A DNA stretch of 64,000 bases from Escherichia coli (lineage in GTDB: Bacteria; Pseudomonadota; Gammaproteobacteria; Enterobacterales; Enterobacteriaceae). A program made the position numbers and the translations under genes. The DNA is taken from assembly GCF_013122565.1 (NCBI RefSeq), contig NZ_CP053258.1. The stretch is one strand, 5' to 3'. Positions 35,501 through 46,500 of this stretch are shown in pieces. Under the pieces are notes generated by a model. That model was not told the DNA's origin and ran no database searches. It saw nothing but the letters and a program-made list of their open reading frames with translations. Positions within the stretch are counted from its first letter, which is position 1, and each line of letters begins with the position of its first letter.

Positions 35501-37437
35501 TTCACCCGCTGTAACTCCTGGGTGTAACGATCCTGCGGAATACGGCGACCTTCCGCCTGCTGCTTATGGAACAGATACGCTTCCGCCAGCTGGTTGATGG
35601 CTTCGTTAAGGAACGCCGCGCTGCCCATCGCCGGTTCGCACACGGTGAGGTTTAAGATGGCGTCGGCTTTGGCGTGCGGATCGCTAATGGGATCAATCTG
35701 CTCCTTAAACAGTTCTTTCAGAGCATATTTAACCAGTGAGCGGGTCAGCACTTCCGGGGTGTAATAAGATGCAGATTTCTCACGGTCGCGCCCGGCCATA
35801 CGGTAGATAAAACTGCCTTTGCGGTGAATGCGCAGACTGCCGTCTTTCTCGTAGACCTTCTCGTCTTCGTGGTATTTGCCAATCTCATCCTTACTGACGA
35901 AGTAACCCGTCTCCAGCTCGTTAAACTCTTCCCCGGCTTTCTTCACCTCGTAGAGATCTTCGCTGGCGAAGAATCCGCGATAGGAGAGCAGCGCCTCATA
36001 CACCGCACCCAACTGGTTGATACCCAACTGGCGATAAGATATACGTCCACGGCGGTTAAAGCGCCCTTTGCCCGGGCGGCTTAACGACATCGCCTGGATA
36101 ATCTGTTGCAGGGTTTCGTTACGGAATACCACGCGGTTAAGAATGCGGGTGTTGTTGGCATCGAAAAGATGACTTTCCAGACGCGGGACGCTGAACTGAT
36201 GACTATGGATGGTGATCCGGTCGCCGCTCTCCAGGTCACTCTGCATTTTCACGCCGCCGTTGTAGCCTTCGCGCACCAGTTTAAACAGCATATTCAGGCT
36301 GTCGTGGAAGTAGCGCCCGTTGCGATCTTCTTCGCTGGTCAGCGGGATCATCTCCAGATCGCGCAACGTTTCCAGGCTGTAGCCCTGTAGATAGGTTTTG
36401 GCGGTCATTGGCGCATAACCCAGCTCCGGGCGCGCTTCAATGTAGAACAGGAACAGCAGGCGGTACATGTAACGCAGACATTCGCGGCTCAGTTCATCCG
36501 GGTCCACCGCACGGTTACCGGTATAGTTTGCCAGGCCACGGTCGATCAGATAATGCATCGCTTCGTTGCCCAGCAACTCAATGCTTTCGCGCAGGGCATA
36601 TTTCAGATCTTCCGAAACACCAAACGCATGTTTGTGCGAATTGTCATCCAGCGAGTCAAGATAAGGTGCCCCACTGCCCGGCAGCAGAGAATCTTTATGT
36701 AGCAACACCGCCGTCGCTTTCAGCGTATCCGTTTCACGACGACTTAAAATCTCTTCAAAATCAAAACGTAGCAGACGGTTTTGCGCCCACTTAGTACGGT
36801 CCAACAACAATAGCTGACGGTTACCGAGCAGCAGCACAAAACGCGGCGGTTCATTTTGGGTGAAGACCGCCGTAGAGAGCAGATCCTGCCAGCTGCGATA
36901 TTCACCGTTGGCTTTTTTGCGCAGGCTGTCGCGCTTATGTTTGTCGGTATCCGCCGGGAATTGCGCGGTCAGTAAGGAGAGCGCCAGCGGATCCAGCGTT
37001 CCTTCTTCCTGATCGTGTGCTTCAACAATCCACAGCCACGGGCTACCGTCAGTGCTGTTGTAACGCGCCAGTACCGGCAGTGGTGTATCGTCATCCAGCA
37101 TTTGGATCTGCGGCGTAATTTCGTAGCCCAGCGCCTTTAACAATGGCTGCCAGCGATTACGTTGATCGGCCAGACGCTGCGGGATCTGACGCTGTTTTTC
37201 GTGCTCGGCAAGTTTGCGGAAAAACTCAGTCGCCAGACTGTTAAACTGGTTCCACGGAGCGCGGTATCCCGGCTCCACGTCTTTGCCCTGTTCACGAGCG
37301 GCACGTTCCGCTTCACGCGCTGCATTTTCCTGGGCTATCCAGGGTTCCAGCACATCGCGGATATCACTGGTGAAAACCTCACCCAAATAATGGTTAGAGT
37401 AAAATTCGTTTTCGTTATTAATACCGACCAGCGCCAT
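32521..37437 (-). CDS. large N6-adenine DNA methyltransferase (Eco57I/PglX/DrmMI-like, gamma-class)
   Basis: 1638 aa; AdoMet motif I CEPAMGSAAFL and catalytic motif IV GNPPW; starts 2 nt after the SNF2 gene stop, with a GGAGGG SD inside the SNF2 coding end. Confidence 0.8.
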   Translation of the reverse strand: MALVGINNENEFYSNHYLGEVFTSDIRDVLEPWIAQENAAREAERAAREQGKDVEPGYRAPWNQFNSLATEFFRKLAEHEKQRQIPQRLADQRNRWQPLLKALGYEITPQIQMLDDDTPLPVLARYNSTDGSPWLWIVEAHDQEEGTLDPLALSLLTAQFPADTDKHKRDSLRKKANGEYRSWQDLLSTAVFTQNEPPRFVLLLGNRQLLLLDRTKWAQNRLLRFDFEEILSRRETDTLKATAVLLHKDSLLPGSGAPYLDSLDDNSHKHAFGVSEDLKYALRESIELLGNEAMHYLIDRGLANYTGNRAVDPDELSRECLRYMYRLLFLFYIEARPELGYAPMTAKTYLQGYSLETLRDLEMIPLTSEEDRNGRYFHDSLNMLFKLVREGYNGGVKMQSDLESGDRITIHSHQFSVPRLESHLFDANNTRILNRVVFRNETLQQIIQAMSLSRPGKGRFNRRGRISYRQLGINQLGAVYEALLSYRGFFASEDLYEVKKAGEEFNELETGYFVSKDEIGKYHEDEKVYEKDGSLRIHRKGSFIYRMAGRDREKSASYYTPEVLTRSLVKYALKELFKEQIDPISDPHAKADAILNLTVCEPAMGSAAFLNEAINQLAEAYLFHKQQAEGRRIPQDRYTQELQRVKMYIADNNVFGVDLNPVAVELAEVSLWLNAISGDAFVPWFGYQLHCGNSLVGARRQVFNKSELTYKKAKDPSWLNSEPVELAMNTPREETQIFHFLLPDGGMANYSDKTVKQRYPDDFKALDSWRKEFIKSFAGHEIADVQRISEKVEALWNTYRQQLKAERLKTADSYPVWPAENSEQTRSSLSSKDETFSGRLEDNSAYQKLRWVMDYWCALWFWPIDKADELPDRGTWLFEIETLLDGIVITEKVTEVAEHTTGDLFAEEGLLREESSLFSGAGRLKTEVLFRHLPRLAIVDALRKQHRFFHWDLEFCDLFAERGGFDLMLGNPPWLKVEWQEAGVLGDYEPEFVLRKLSASKLATLRIDTFNQIPALEAAWRSEYEGCEGMQNFLNAQQNYPVLRGVQTNLYKCFLPQAWRLGAQKGVSGFLHPEGIYDDPKGGQLRAAVYPRLRAHFQFQNQHMLFPIGHRVKFSINIYTASPNQSVGFINIANLFSAKTIELCLAHDGSGEVGGIKDDETGSWNEAGHQSRILTVGMERLALFATLYDEEGTPDLEARLPALHAEPLVSVLEKFAKQPKRLGDLQGQYLSLEMWHETNQQSDGTIERHTQFPEDASQWILSGPHFYVGTPLYKTPREICTEKGHYDCLDLLTLPDDYLPRTNYIPACDAQEYAKRTPRVSWKEQDEDEPRKVTDYYRFVNREMIGPSSERTLITTIVPPGVSHINTCLGTAFKDTQLLLDYFSMTLSVPLDYRVKSTGMGHANTSLINQLPVLTNDAYRTALHSRALCLVSLVRSYADLWQSCYTPDFNTQRWSRDLPQLPQDFFTNLTPEWQRNCALRSDYSRRQALVEIDVLVAQALGLTLEELLTIYRVQFPVMRQYEADTWYDQNGRIIFTPSKGLVGVGLPRTARKADLKNGFVFNVDSPEWTGGDCTDQAIGWDDVKHLKTGTVSVTFDDYTRSDEGERRTVTWQAPFIKPDREDDYKVAWAFFAQDKESA

Positions 37438-37439
37438 GA

Positions 37440-40298
37440 TTAACCCTCCGCTCCGGTGATAACAGCAATTACCTGAATGTAGGGTTCTTTTTCAGTCGTC
37501 ATGGTGTCCTCAATCCATTCGATATAGCTGTCAAAATTGTGTTCGATTTCGCGTTGTCTCTGCTCTTTACGGCTCTGCTTGACTGACAATTGCTGTTTGT
37601 TATCGGCAAAATCCAGCTCAAGTTGGCTCAACTGCCGCCCACGCAAAACGTCCAGCTTTTGCAGATGCTCGTTCAGTTGCTGGTTAATGTGCGTTTCAAA
37701 CGCATTCCGATCATGGATAAATACCTCCCGGGCATGCGCAATAGCCGCTTCCAGTAAATCCTGCTGGCGCTGGTGATTACGATCTTTACCGCCGCTGTTA
37801 GTCAGATTGTTACTCAACTGCGGATGACGTTGTAAAAACTCAGCGAATGGCTGACTGCCGATTAGCGATTCACGGTCAAAGCTCACCACTATCCACGGGT
37901 TCACCATCGGATGTGATTTACGGTTCGGGAATAACCCGGAAAGAATGAAGTGATCTTCATCGGGTTCAAGCAGGTATGGCAGACGGATAACCGGTGCCTG
38001 ATGACGACCAAAAGCCGAAGAGATTTTATCGTCCAGCCACTGCACTACCGGGTTGATTTGCCAGAGATACTGCACATCGGGCCAGGCATGTTGCTCACCG
38101 CGAGCGCGCGCAATCGCGTCGGTGATGACGGTTTTATCCTGACTTAAATAGAGCTGCCAGTTCTCCGGGGCAATTTCAGGCGGTAGCTGGTTGAAGCGGC
38201 GGCGTAACTCCTCCGGTGCCACCAGCGACAAGGTATTATCAGGCAAGGTTTCATACTGGATAGTTTGACCACTGGCTTTCAGGTAACCCAATGCTCTTTC
38301 ACAGTACGCCTGTTCGCTGGCAAACAAGCTGGTGTCTGTTTCGGTAACCATTGAGGCATCGCTGGAAACCGCACTGCATATTTCGCCAAACAGATCATGT
38401 TCGGCGCTTTCCGAGACGTTGCTGTTCAGCAGTTGATCAAACAGGCTGGCACCATCATCCTGCATCATGAACTCTGCAACCTGCTCTTCTTCCTCTTCCT
38501 GGGTAAATTTGCCGGTAAACTCCGAACTGTCCCCAATGTTCTTCTGCGCCTGTTCGTCTTTGTTGATCAACACTTCCAGTACGCGCATATCGCCATTGAT
38601 CTGTGGTTCGCTGGCCTCGGTAAGCAGATAGCGGATTTGAGGCTGATGTTTTTGCCCATAGCGGTCAATACGCCCGTTACGTTGCTGGAATACCATCAAC
38701 GACCACGGAATATCAAAGTGAATCATTTTGTGGCTAAGGTGATGCAAGTTGATCCCTTCAGATGCCACATCCGAACAAACCAGAAGACGCAACGGAGACT
38801 GCGTTTTACCAAAGGCTTCTACGGTTTCCATCAATACCGTATCGCCCTGATCGCCGCGCAGCGTGGCGATCTGGTCATCTTTCAATTTCAGATCCGCTCG
38901 CAGTTGCTGTTCGAGGAACTCCAGCGTTTTAATACTTTCGGTGAAGATCACCAGGCGATCTTCCGTGTTATTGGCTTTCCAGGCGAGGTCTTTTCGGATG
39001 GTGTCGAGCAGCAACTGGTATTTGCTAAACTGGCTGGCATCAATGTTATTCAGCGCCAACAGCAATGACTCCAGTTCGTTGATCTGGCTCTGGCTATTAT
39101 GATCTTTACGGCTCTCAAGACGCTTCAGACGATTCGCCACTACGCTGGCACACGCCATCGGGCTGGAAAATAGCGCTTTTTCGAGGGTTATCTTGAACAG
39201 ACGACCTTTGTTAGACTGGGCCTGTTCATCGTCATCATCACGGAACTGGCTCTCAACCAGGCGACGGTATGCTTCTTCTTCGGCACCAGATGCCAGGCGA
39301 GTCAGTTTGACAATATTGCGCTCGGGGAACTCGCCGGACATCTGATCTTTCACGTCTTTTTTGAAGCGACGGACAACCAGATTTTTATCGGCAAAATCGG
39401 CGTATTCATACTCTTTCGGGTTGGCGATCGCCGTCGGGTCAAGCATGTTCATCAGGCTGGCAAAACTTTCAGCCTTACCATCATGCGGTGTTGCTGAAAG
39501 CATAATCAGCGTATCGCTGCGCCCGGCGAGCAGTTTTGCCAGTTTACTGCGTAACGAACTGGTTCCACGTTCTGCGACGTTATGGGCCTCATCAATGACA
39601 ATAATATCCCACCAGGCATTTTCCAGATGGTGACGATATTCAATGTCTTGTTTCAGCGTATCGATGGAGATAATGGTCTTGTCAAAATAGTGGAACGGGT
39701 TGTGGTTGGTTGGGATGCGGTTACGCACCTTTTGTAAACCAGCAGAATCCAGGCGGGTCAATGGGATCGCAAAACGGCTCCAGAACTCCTTCTGGAATTG
39801 TGTCAGCATCGATTTAACCGCCAGAACCAGAATACGTTTTCCGCGCCCACGACGGATCAGTTCCGAAACCAGAATACCGGCTTCCAGCGTTTTACCCAGA
39901 CCGACAGCGTCGGCAATGAGTATCCGCTGGCGCGGTTGTGCCAGCGCCATCCGCGTAGGATCGAGCTGAAACGGCATGGAATCCATCGCCGCCAGATGAC
40001 CAAAATGGACTTTACTGTCTGTCGGTACGCGTTGGCGTAACTGACTTTCAATATACAACTGTGCCGCTTGATAATTGGCGGATTCATCTTCCACCAAATG
40101 CGTTTTTGCGGGATCAAGGATCTCTACTTTTTGTTCCAGTTTGGTCAGAAATAACCCTTCTTTACCGCGCACCAGCTCTGAAATACCATCGCAGGTCAGC
40201 AAATACCCACCATCACCACTGTCATCCGCCCGGCGAATACGCCATTCGGCATCACGAATAACCACCCGCATACCAGGTGCATAATTTTGCTTATTCAT
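37440..40298 (-). CDS. SNF2-family helicase/ATPase (DrmD-like)
   Basis: 952 aa; Walker A DAVGLGKTLEAG, DEAH-box IVIDEAHN, helicase C motifs (HFDIPWSLMVFQQRNGRIDRYGQ). Confidence 0.8.
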   Translation of the reverse strand: MNKQNYAPGMRVVIRDAEWRIRRADDSGDGGYLLTCDGISELVRGKEGLFLTKLEQKVEILDPAKTHLVEDESANYQAAQLYIESQLRQRVPTDSKVHFGHLAAMDSMPFQLDPTRMALAQPRQRILIADAVGLGKTLEAGILVSELIRRGRGKRILVLAVKSMLTQFQKEFWSRFAIPLTRLDSAGLQKVRNRIPTNHNPFHYFDKTIISIDTLKQDIEYRHHLENAWWDIIVIDEAHNVAERGTSSLRSKLAKLLAGRSDTLIMLSATPHDGKAESFASLMNMLDPTAIANPKEYEYADFADKNLVVRRFKKDVKDQMSGEFPERNIVKLTRLASGAEEEAYRRLVESQFRDDDDEQAQSNKGRLFKITLEKALFSSPMACASVVANRLKRLESRKDHNSQSQINELESLLLALNNIDASQFSKYQLLLDTIRKDLAWKANNTEDRLVIFTESIKTLEFLEQQLRADLKLKDDQIATLRGDQGDTVLMETVEAFGKTQSPLRLLVCSDVASEGINLHHLSHKMIHFDIPWSLMVFQQRNGRIDRYGQKHQPQIRYLLTEASEPQINGDMRVLEVLINKDEQAQKNIGDSSEFTGKFTQEEEEEQVAEFMMQDDGASLFDQLLNSNVSESAEHDLFGEICSAVSSDASMVTETDTSLFASEQAYCERALGYLKASGQTIQYETLPDNTLSLVAPEELRRRFNQLPPEIAPENWQLYLSQDKTVITDAIARARGEQHAWPDVQYLWQINPVVQWLDDKISSAFGRHQAPVIRLPYLLEPDEDHFILSGLFPNRKSHPMVNPWIVVSFDRESLIGSQPFAEFLQRHPQLSNNLTNSGGKDRNHQRQQDLLEAAIAHAREVFIHDRNAFETHINQQLNEHLQKLDVLRGRQLSQLELDFADNKQQLSVKQSRKEQRQREIEHNFDSYIEWIEDTMTTEKEPYIQVIAVITGAEG

Positions 40299-40488
40299 CG
40301 GTTTTTCTGTCTATTTGGGGCAGTGGCGGTAACGTCATCCTGAAAAATGTGGCGCGGCACACTGCGATAAAAAAGAGGGCCTTAAAGATATCATGAAGGC
40401 CCCCGGCAAAGTGACAAAATGGGAGGGAATGCGCATAAATTGCGCATGATTTTCAAACAAAAATTATTAAAAAGTGAGCTGGGTCAAC

Positions 40489-40514
40489 TCCCCTGGAAGA
40501 TATCCCCAGGGGAG
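40489..40514 (-). terminator. stem-loop between druE and the DISARM-like operon
   Basis: ctcccctgg / ccaggggag 9-bp inverted repeat 8 nt past the druE stop; a T-rich stretch follows about 15 nt later on the transcribed strand. Confidence 0.4.
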
Positions 40515-40521
40515 CAATTAT

Positions 40522-43500
40522 TTATCCAGCGATAACATAACTCCTAAGGTCATTACCCGGGGCAACAGCTCGCGATCGCGTGTTTGCCAGCCGTTCAACT
40601 TGCTGCGGTACTCGCAGAGCAAAATCAAATAAGGTGTCTTCAATACAGCGCCAGTAGCTAAGCCCCATGTCGAGCAGGACATAATGCTGACTGCCATCGC
40701 TGAAGGTGACTGTCAGTTCTCGTCCATGCTCCGTACTCTGGTTATCCCCCGTTAACCAGCTAATTGCTCCCGGCCACGCAGGCCCCAGATATCCTTCTTC
40801 AAGTAAAGTGGTCACAACCTGCTGACGATCTTCCTCATTAAGCCACGCGTTATAGAGAGCGTCGTGTTGGCGAGAGTTGTAATCCAATTTTTTGACGCAA
40901 ACAGTGAGGCTGGCGCGTTCCGCCATTCCCTGTTCAACCAGCTCGGTTAAGATTTCACCTAACAAACGCGCCGTGAATGGGCTATTAAGATAACGATCGC
41001 TGTACTCAACATGCGTTATCTCTTTGTGGCGGGTAAATGCCTGCTTCCAGCCAGCGTGCTGTTGCGTGACTAACGACCAGAAACGCGAACCAAAACCTTC
41101 CAGCGGCCCGTCCAGTTGTTCACAGAGATTGATGCGCACCGCCCCGGTGGGTAAGGCGGGCAGTAAATCTTCTGCACTTAAGGTCTGACCCGAGAAGGTT
41201 TTTCCGGACGTTCCTTTAAGTGTCACTACTGGTGAAGACGCACTTTGTCCCCATAATTCACCAGGGGCAACGGTAGCGCTGTCGTCTGCGGCCCACTGTT
41301 GGCTTTGCCCTTCGCGAGTCACCTGCGCAAGCCAGCGCCCCTTTCCTTGCATGAGTTGCGCAGTGGCAATGGATTTCACTTGTAAGCGTCCTCCCGGCAT
41401 CGCCGCCAACGCGGAAAGCTGATGTCTGGAGCTATCAGTTAAGTTTTCCAGCGGCGTGGCCACCAGCAACTCAACATTCCCACCGGAGGAAGCAAACTGG
41501 AGCAACTCTTTAAATAATGGCCATTGGGCAAAGTCCCACTGTTCCTGCGGCCCCGCAAGAACCAGCGAGCAGGAGTCATAAATCTCGCTGTTCAGGCATT
41601 GCGCAATACGTAAACTCAGAGGGTTAGTTTCAACCCGGCTACCATCGCCGAAGTACTGATATTCTGGCGCGAGGTTAAGTCGCTGCAACCGTACATTGGT
41701 AAGCAGGGTTAATGCATGGTGACGATCTAATCTGTTGACATAATGCTGACTGTCGTAGCTGAGCAAGCAGTGGTGACAGAATTTATCGCAACTGCAATCG
41801 AGCAATTTTCTGGCGTAATTAAAGACATCAGCCCAATGGTCGATCAATTGCACTGCATAACCTGCACCACCCGCATTATTGTCGTAAATGAAGATGGAAT
41901 ATCCGGTATAGCCATTGATATCGCGCGCTTGCTGCGTCGTCACGCCCAGCTCAGTATTTTCGATACCCAATTTATGCGCTAACCCTTCACGCAAAGCGAC
42001 CGCAAGGGAACGCGCGGCAACCTCATCACGGATCAACAGGCCATTATCATCATTGAGTTGCAGCTCAACCATATCTGTACGACTGCTATACCCCAACCAC
42101 AGATCTTTATGCACATGACCGTGGCACAATTTATTGCTCCCCTGACGATCGTTACTGCCCCCTCGCAACAGGTAATGCGTATTTTCCCGCTCTGGGTTCT
42201 TTAGATTTTCAGGGGTACGCTGGGGTTGAGTTTGAGATTCTGCCCGACCACATGAGAGGCAAATTGCGTAGCCGTGCCCAAATTCCCCTTCACTGAAGTG
42301 GAACAATTCCCCACTATGGCTAAAACGGTAACGTCCTAGCCCAGCATCGGGTAAAGAAACCCACACCGAAGACGGTACAAGAACACGTGGATCTTTCCAG
42401 GGAAGTTGTGCAGGCATGGATACATCATTATGTGCCTGATAACGAATATCTGTCGCAAAACCAACAGGCTGTAAATAACGCTTCACATCAAGTTGCTGTA
42501 TATCCGCTTTGCAGTGACTACATTCGACAGGACGGGTAGTACTGGTTGCCCCCGCACCACATTTACGGCAATGCCAGAACCACGGAATATGATGATCGCC
42601 TGACAGCTCCTGCCCGCTGGCAAGTACCTTGCCAAGCATAATGCCCGAGGAACGATATACTTTTCCGCCCAATACCACATCTGCACCAGGCGCATACTCG
42701 CGTAATGCTGTAGGTAGATCACGGCTGGGCAATTTTTCAATACGACGAGAAAAGCTTTCTCCCCCTTCATTAGGGTCAGCCTGAGTGGCTTTTATTGCGC
42801 GACGTTTTTCCAGCTCATCTGCCGTCAGATAATTGAAATTGACTACGCCAACCGGGAAACCATGCCCCGGCAGGAACGCTTCACTAATGAGTTTAGAAAA
42901 CAGATATGCACCGCGATAATCACGAAGCTGATAAGCGATGGCTTTACCTGCTGGCGTTTCTTCCCACGCGCTGTTATCCGCCTTCAACGCTTCGATATTT
43001 TCCAACAGTATCGCAAGTTGGCTTCTCCAGCGGATATCAACCTGCTGCATCATTGCTTGTGTGCGGGTCAAGAGCTGGGTTGCCGTCAATGACATCAGGA
43101 CGGTTCCCTGAGTAAGGCGTTTAAGTTTATCCGCCAGCTGATCGGCCTGGTGATTTAACCAATGGAGAAAACGAAGACACTGGCTCTCATCACCTTCAAA
43201 GAACCATTTGCAACTCAGTTTTGTCGCATCAGGAACTTCAGCTCGTAAAAACAGACCTAAAACCAGGGCATTAACATGTCGTTGAACAATGCTACTGCTC
43301 CCAAAACGAACCCGTGGCGCACTGGCAGTAGTGTTGAACGCCCAGAGGGGGTCTTTGAATACCTCCATTCCATGCGCCGTGTTTTTACATAACGTAATGG
43401 CAGCAGATGCACTCTCTCCACGACGCCCCGCGCGACCTGCACGTTGCAAATAATTTGCCGGCGCTGGAGGAACGTTGTTCATTGCCACCAAACTCATACC

Positions 43501-46500
43501 ACCAATATCCACCCCCATCTCCATGGTCGTGGAACAGTTCAGCACATTAACTTTGCCTGACTTAAATTGTTTTTCATTAAACTGGTTCTGCTCAGGCGTT
43601 CTCTGCGCAGAGTGTTCCTCCAGACGATACCAGCTATCTTTCAGGGCCAGTCGGTCGCTGCGAGTAGACCATAATCCTTCCTCGCGGGCATGTTGAATCA
43701 GCGCATTACTTTCCAGCCACTCCAGACGTTCTTCTCGGGCGATTTCTCCACCACCAGACAAACGCCAGTGACGTACAGGAAGCTCAGGCATTTCAATCAA
43801 CACTGCTTTTTCAGGTGCAATTTCTTTGCTACCCGGCAAATACGGAGAGTATCCCAGCAACGTGACGTCTAACGCACGTCGAGTATAGGGGCAACGCCAC
43901 ACTTGCTTTGGACTGTAAAATTCAGCTTGTTGTTTAATATCCAGCTGATAACCCGACTCAAACTGACGTAAGCAGGGTCGAATTGCATCCCAGACCTCAA
44001 TCATTAAGTGGTTAACTAACGATTTCCAGTGAGCCTGCTCAGGTTGTATTGCCGGAAAGACTGCGATTAATAGCTTAATGACCCGGTTATAATGGCGATC
44101 GCGTATTTGTGGCCAAAGTTGATCACGTTTCTGCCCTTTGTTTTTTTTATCTGGCCCCTGGAGCATTTTTACCGGGAAACGTGCCCCCATCCAGCGAGGG
44201 TATTGCTCGTTTTCGTAAAAAACGGCACTGTTTTCACGGATAAAGAAATCAAGAGTAATCTTCAATAAATTACGCCATTCCGCTAATTGCTTATCGGGAT
44301 CGGGTAATAATGTCTTCCAGTCCTGCGGGCAGGTTGTAACTTTATCAATAAATGGATAGTGAATGGCTACCAGACCCAGACTTTCGAGGGTCCAGGCATT
44401 TTTAGGGCGGCGACCAAACTCGCTGTATAAACAAAAATCTGCAAACTGTTGTTTAGTAAGATCAAGCCCAGACAATTCTTTAAAACTGCCTCTCATTCTA
44501 TCGGCAAGGTCCACACTGCCAACCAGCTGTTCAGACAGCGTTTGCCATGACATGGTTTTCTTCTGCTGATTGCCAGAGTTAGCCTGAAGTATTTGCATCG
44601 CTTCAGCATGATCCGGGCTTAAGGAACTCACCATCGGCTCAATAATTTTAAGTGCCTGAATGTCCGCCGGGCTAAGCTCCTCATTCGCAGCCATCGCTTT
44701 TTTCAGCGCGTCGATGGAATTTTTTAAAGGGAGGACAGAAAACTGGCTAATAACTTTCTCTAACAGTGCACAGTGTGCCGGGCTGAGTTTTGCTGAAGGC
44801 TCTGTAATATTTGCCAGCTCCTGGTAACAAAGAGCTCGCAACGTCGCTTTATCGGCATCCTGCTGTAAGCGAGCTGAAATGCGAGCGGTACCCTGACGCG
44901 AATCCGTAAAGGTGAGCAAGCGTCGACCATTAAACGGTCCTAACTGCTCTTCTCTTGTTTGCGGTAATGGAGAAAACTCCAGCAGAGTAGGAATAATTTC
45001 ATTTAAAAAAAAGGGCGCGCCGAGCCGAAGCGGACGGAATAAAGGATTATTTTTCCGTTGAGTGTCACCACAGCACACACAAGCAAAGGAGTTATTGCGT
45101 CCCTCACCTCGAGATTCCGGTCTTAACAGGTTTATTTCATAGTGCTTTTGCGCTTCACTATCAATTTTCCCCGCCGTCGTTTCTTCCAGTGAAATGATAT
45201 ATTTTTCACCATCGCTCGCAATCAGACGATCAAATTGAGAGTTATTGTCTAATTCGTCGTTGTCTTCATCTTCAGAATAAACATCTACATCAAGAGCAAA
45301 CTCATCCACTTCGGCAGCGGCGGGTTGCGCTACCAACCAGTTCGTTCCATCACCGCGCATCTCCTCTTTGGCAGACAAATAAGCTGAACCACACCCGGAG
45401 CAACGTAAAACTTCAAATACCGGCGCACCACAGTCACAATATTGGCGCTGCTCAAACCATACCTGACCAAATGGCCAGTCACTCTGATTTAATTCATGTG
45501 CTTTATGTGAGCATTGTTTGTTTGAACATGCCCATAGACCCGCCAGTGTTCTGATAAACCCATGCATACGTAATGGCGTAAAAGCCAGTTCACCTTCTCG
45601 CGATCTTGCCATTAGATCGAGGAGTTGCAGTAGCTCACGGTGATTAATATCTGGCCAGGTTCTTCTGGCAACATTGAGCAACTCACTCAAACGTACTGCC
45701 TGCCGTCCGGGATGAGTTAACGCCTGACGCAATTGCTGGGCCACACGGTAATGACAAAGCTGTTGGTAAAGATCCTGAGGGCTCAGGGATTTAAGAGAAG
45801 TTAAAGATGTGGGGTATTCATGACGAATCAGCGACTCCGATACCCGCGGTATTTGTCGATAACCGCGAACCACTTTGACATCACGTTCTGTAACGCCCGC
45901 GAGATCAGCGACAAATTTAGCAAGCTCCTTATTACCTTCAGGAGAGTCTTCACCAATAGTGGCAGAGGTCGCGATAATCTGCACAGGTTTATCTGTGCCG
46001 GGTCCAACATTGAAAGCCTGCATAACACGACGTAAAAGCAGCGCTAACTCAGCAGCCTGAGAACCAATATAACTATGGGCTTCATCCAGGACGATATACT
46101 TTAACATCCCCTGAGACTTTTCGATGATTGGGGCATCTTTACGACGAATCAGCATATATTCCAGCATGGTGGTATTCGTCACCATGATGGAAGGTGGTGC
46201 TTCATAAATGGCTTCCCGACTCAAAGCTTGTTCAGGTACTTTCAACTGATCTTCCTGAATTTCGTATTTGGTATGCCGGGTTTCGCCATTATATAGCGCG
46301 AAGCGTATTTTCCCCTTAAATCCGCGCGTCCATTCGCGAAGCCGCTCCTGTTGGCTGTTAATTAATGCATTTAACGGATACAAGAAAATAGCTTGTGTCC
46401 CTGTTAGTGACTGGCGGGTCGATTTTTGCTGACGAATAAGATCTTCCAGAACAGGTACCATAAAGCATTCTGTTTTCCCGGATCCCGTACCGCTGCTCAC

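Noticed and set aside
32539-36794. Several plus-strand ORFs of 86-132 aa
   Set aside because: Antisense within the methyltransferase gene; shadow ORFs
32521-37437. Possibility that the large MTase marks a BREX system (PglX)
   Set aside because: No PglZ phosphatase, BrxC ATPase or BrxL/Lon-like gene in the window; neighbours are SNF2 and DEAH/DUF1998 helicases, which fits DISARM-like better
38397-39068. 223-aa plus-strand ORF
   Set aside because: Antisense within the SNF2 helicase gene
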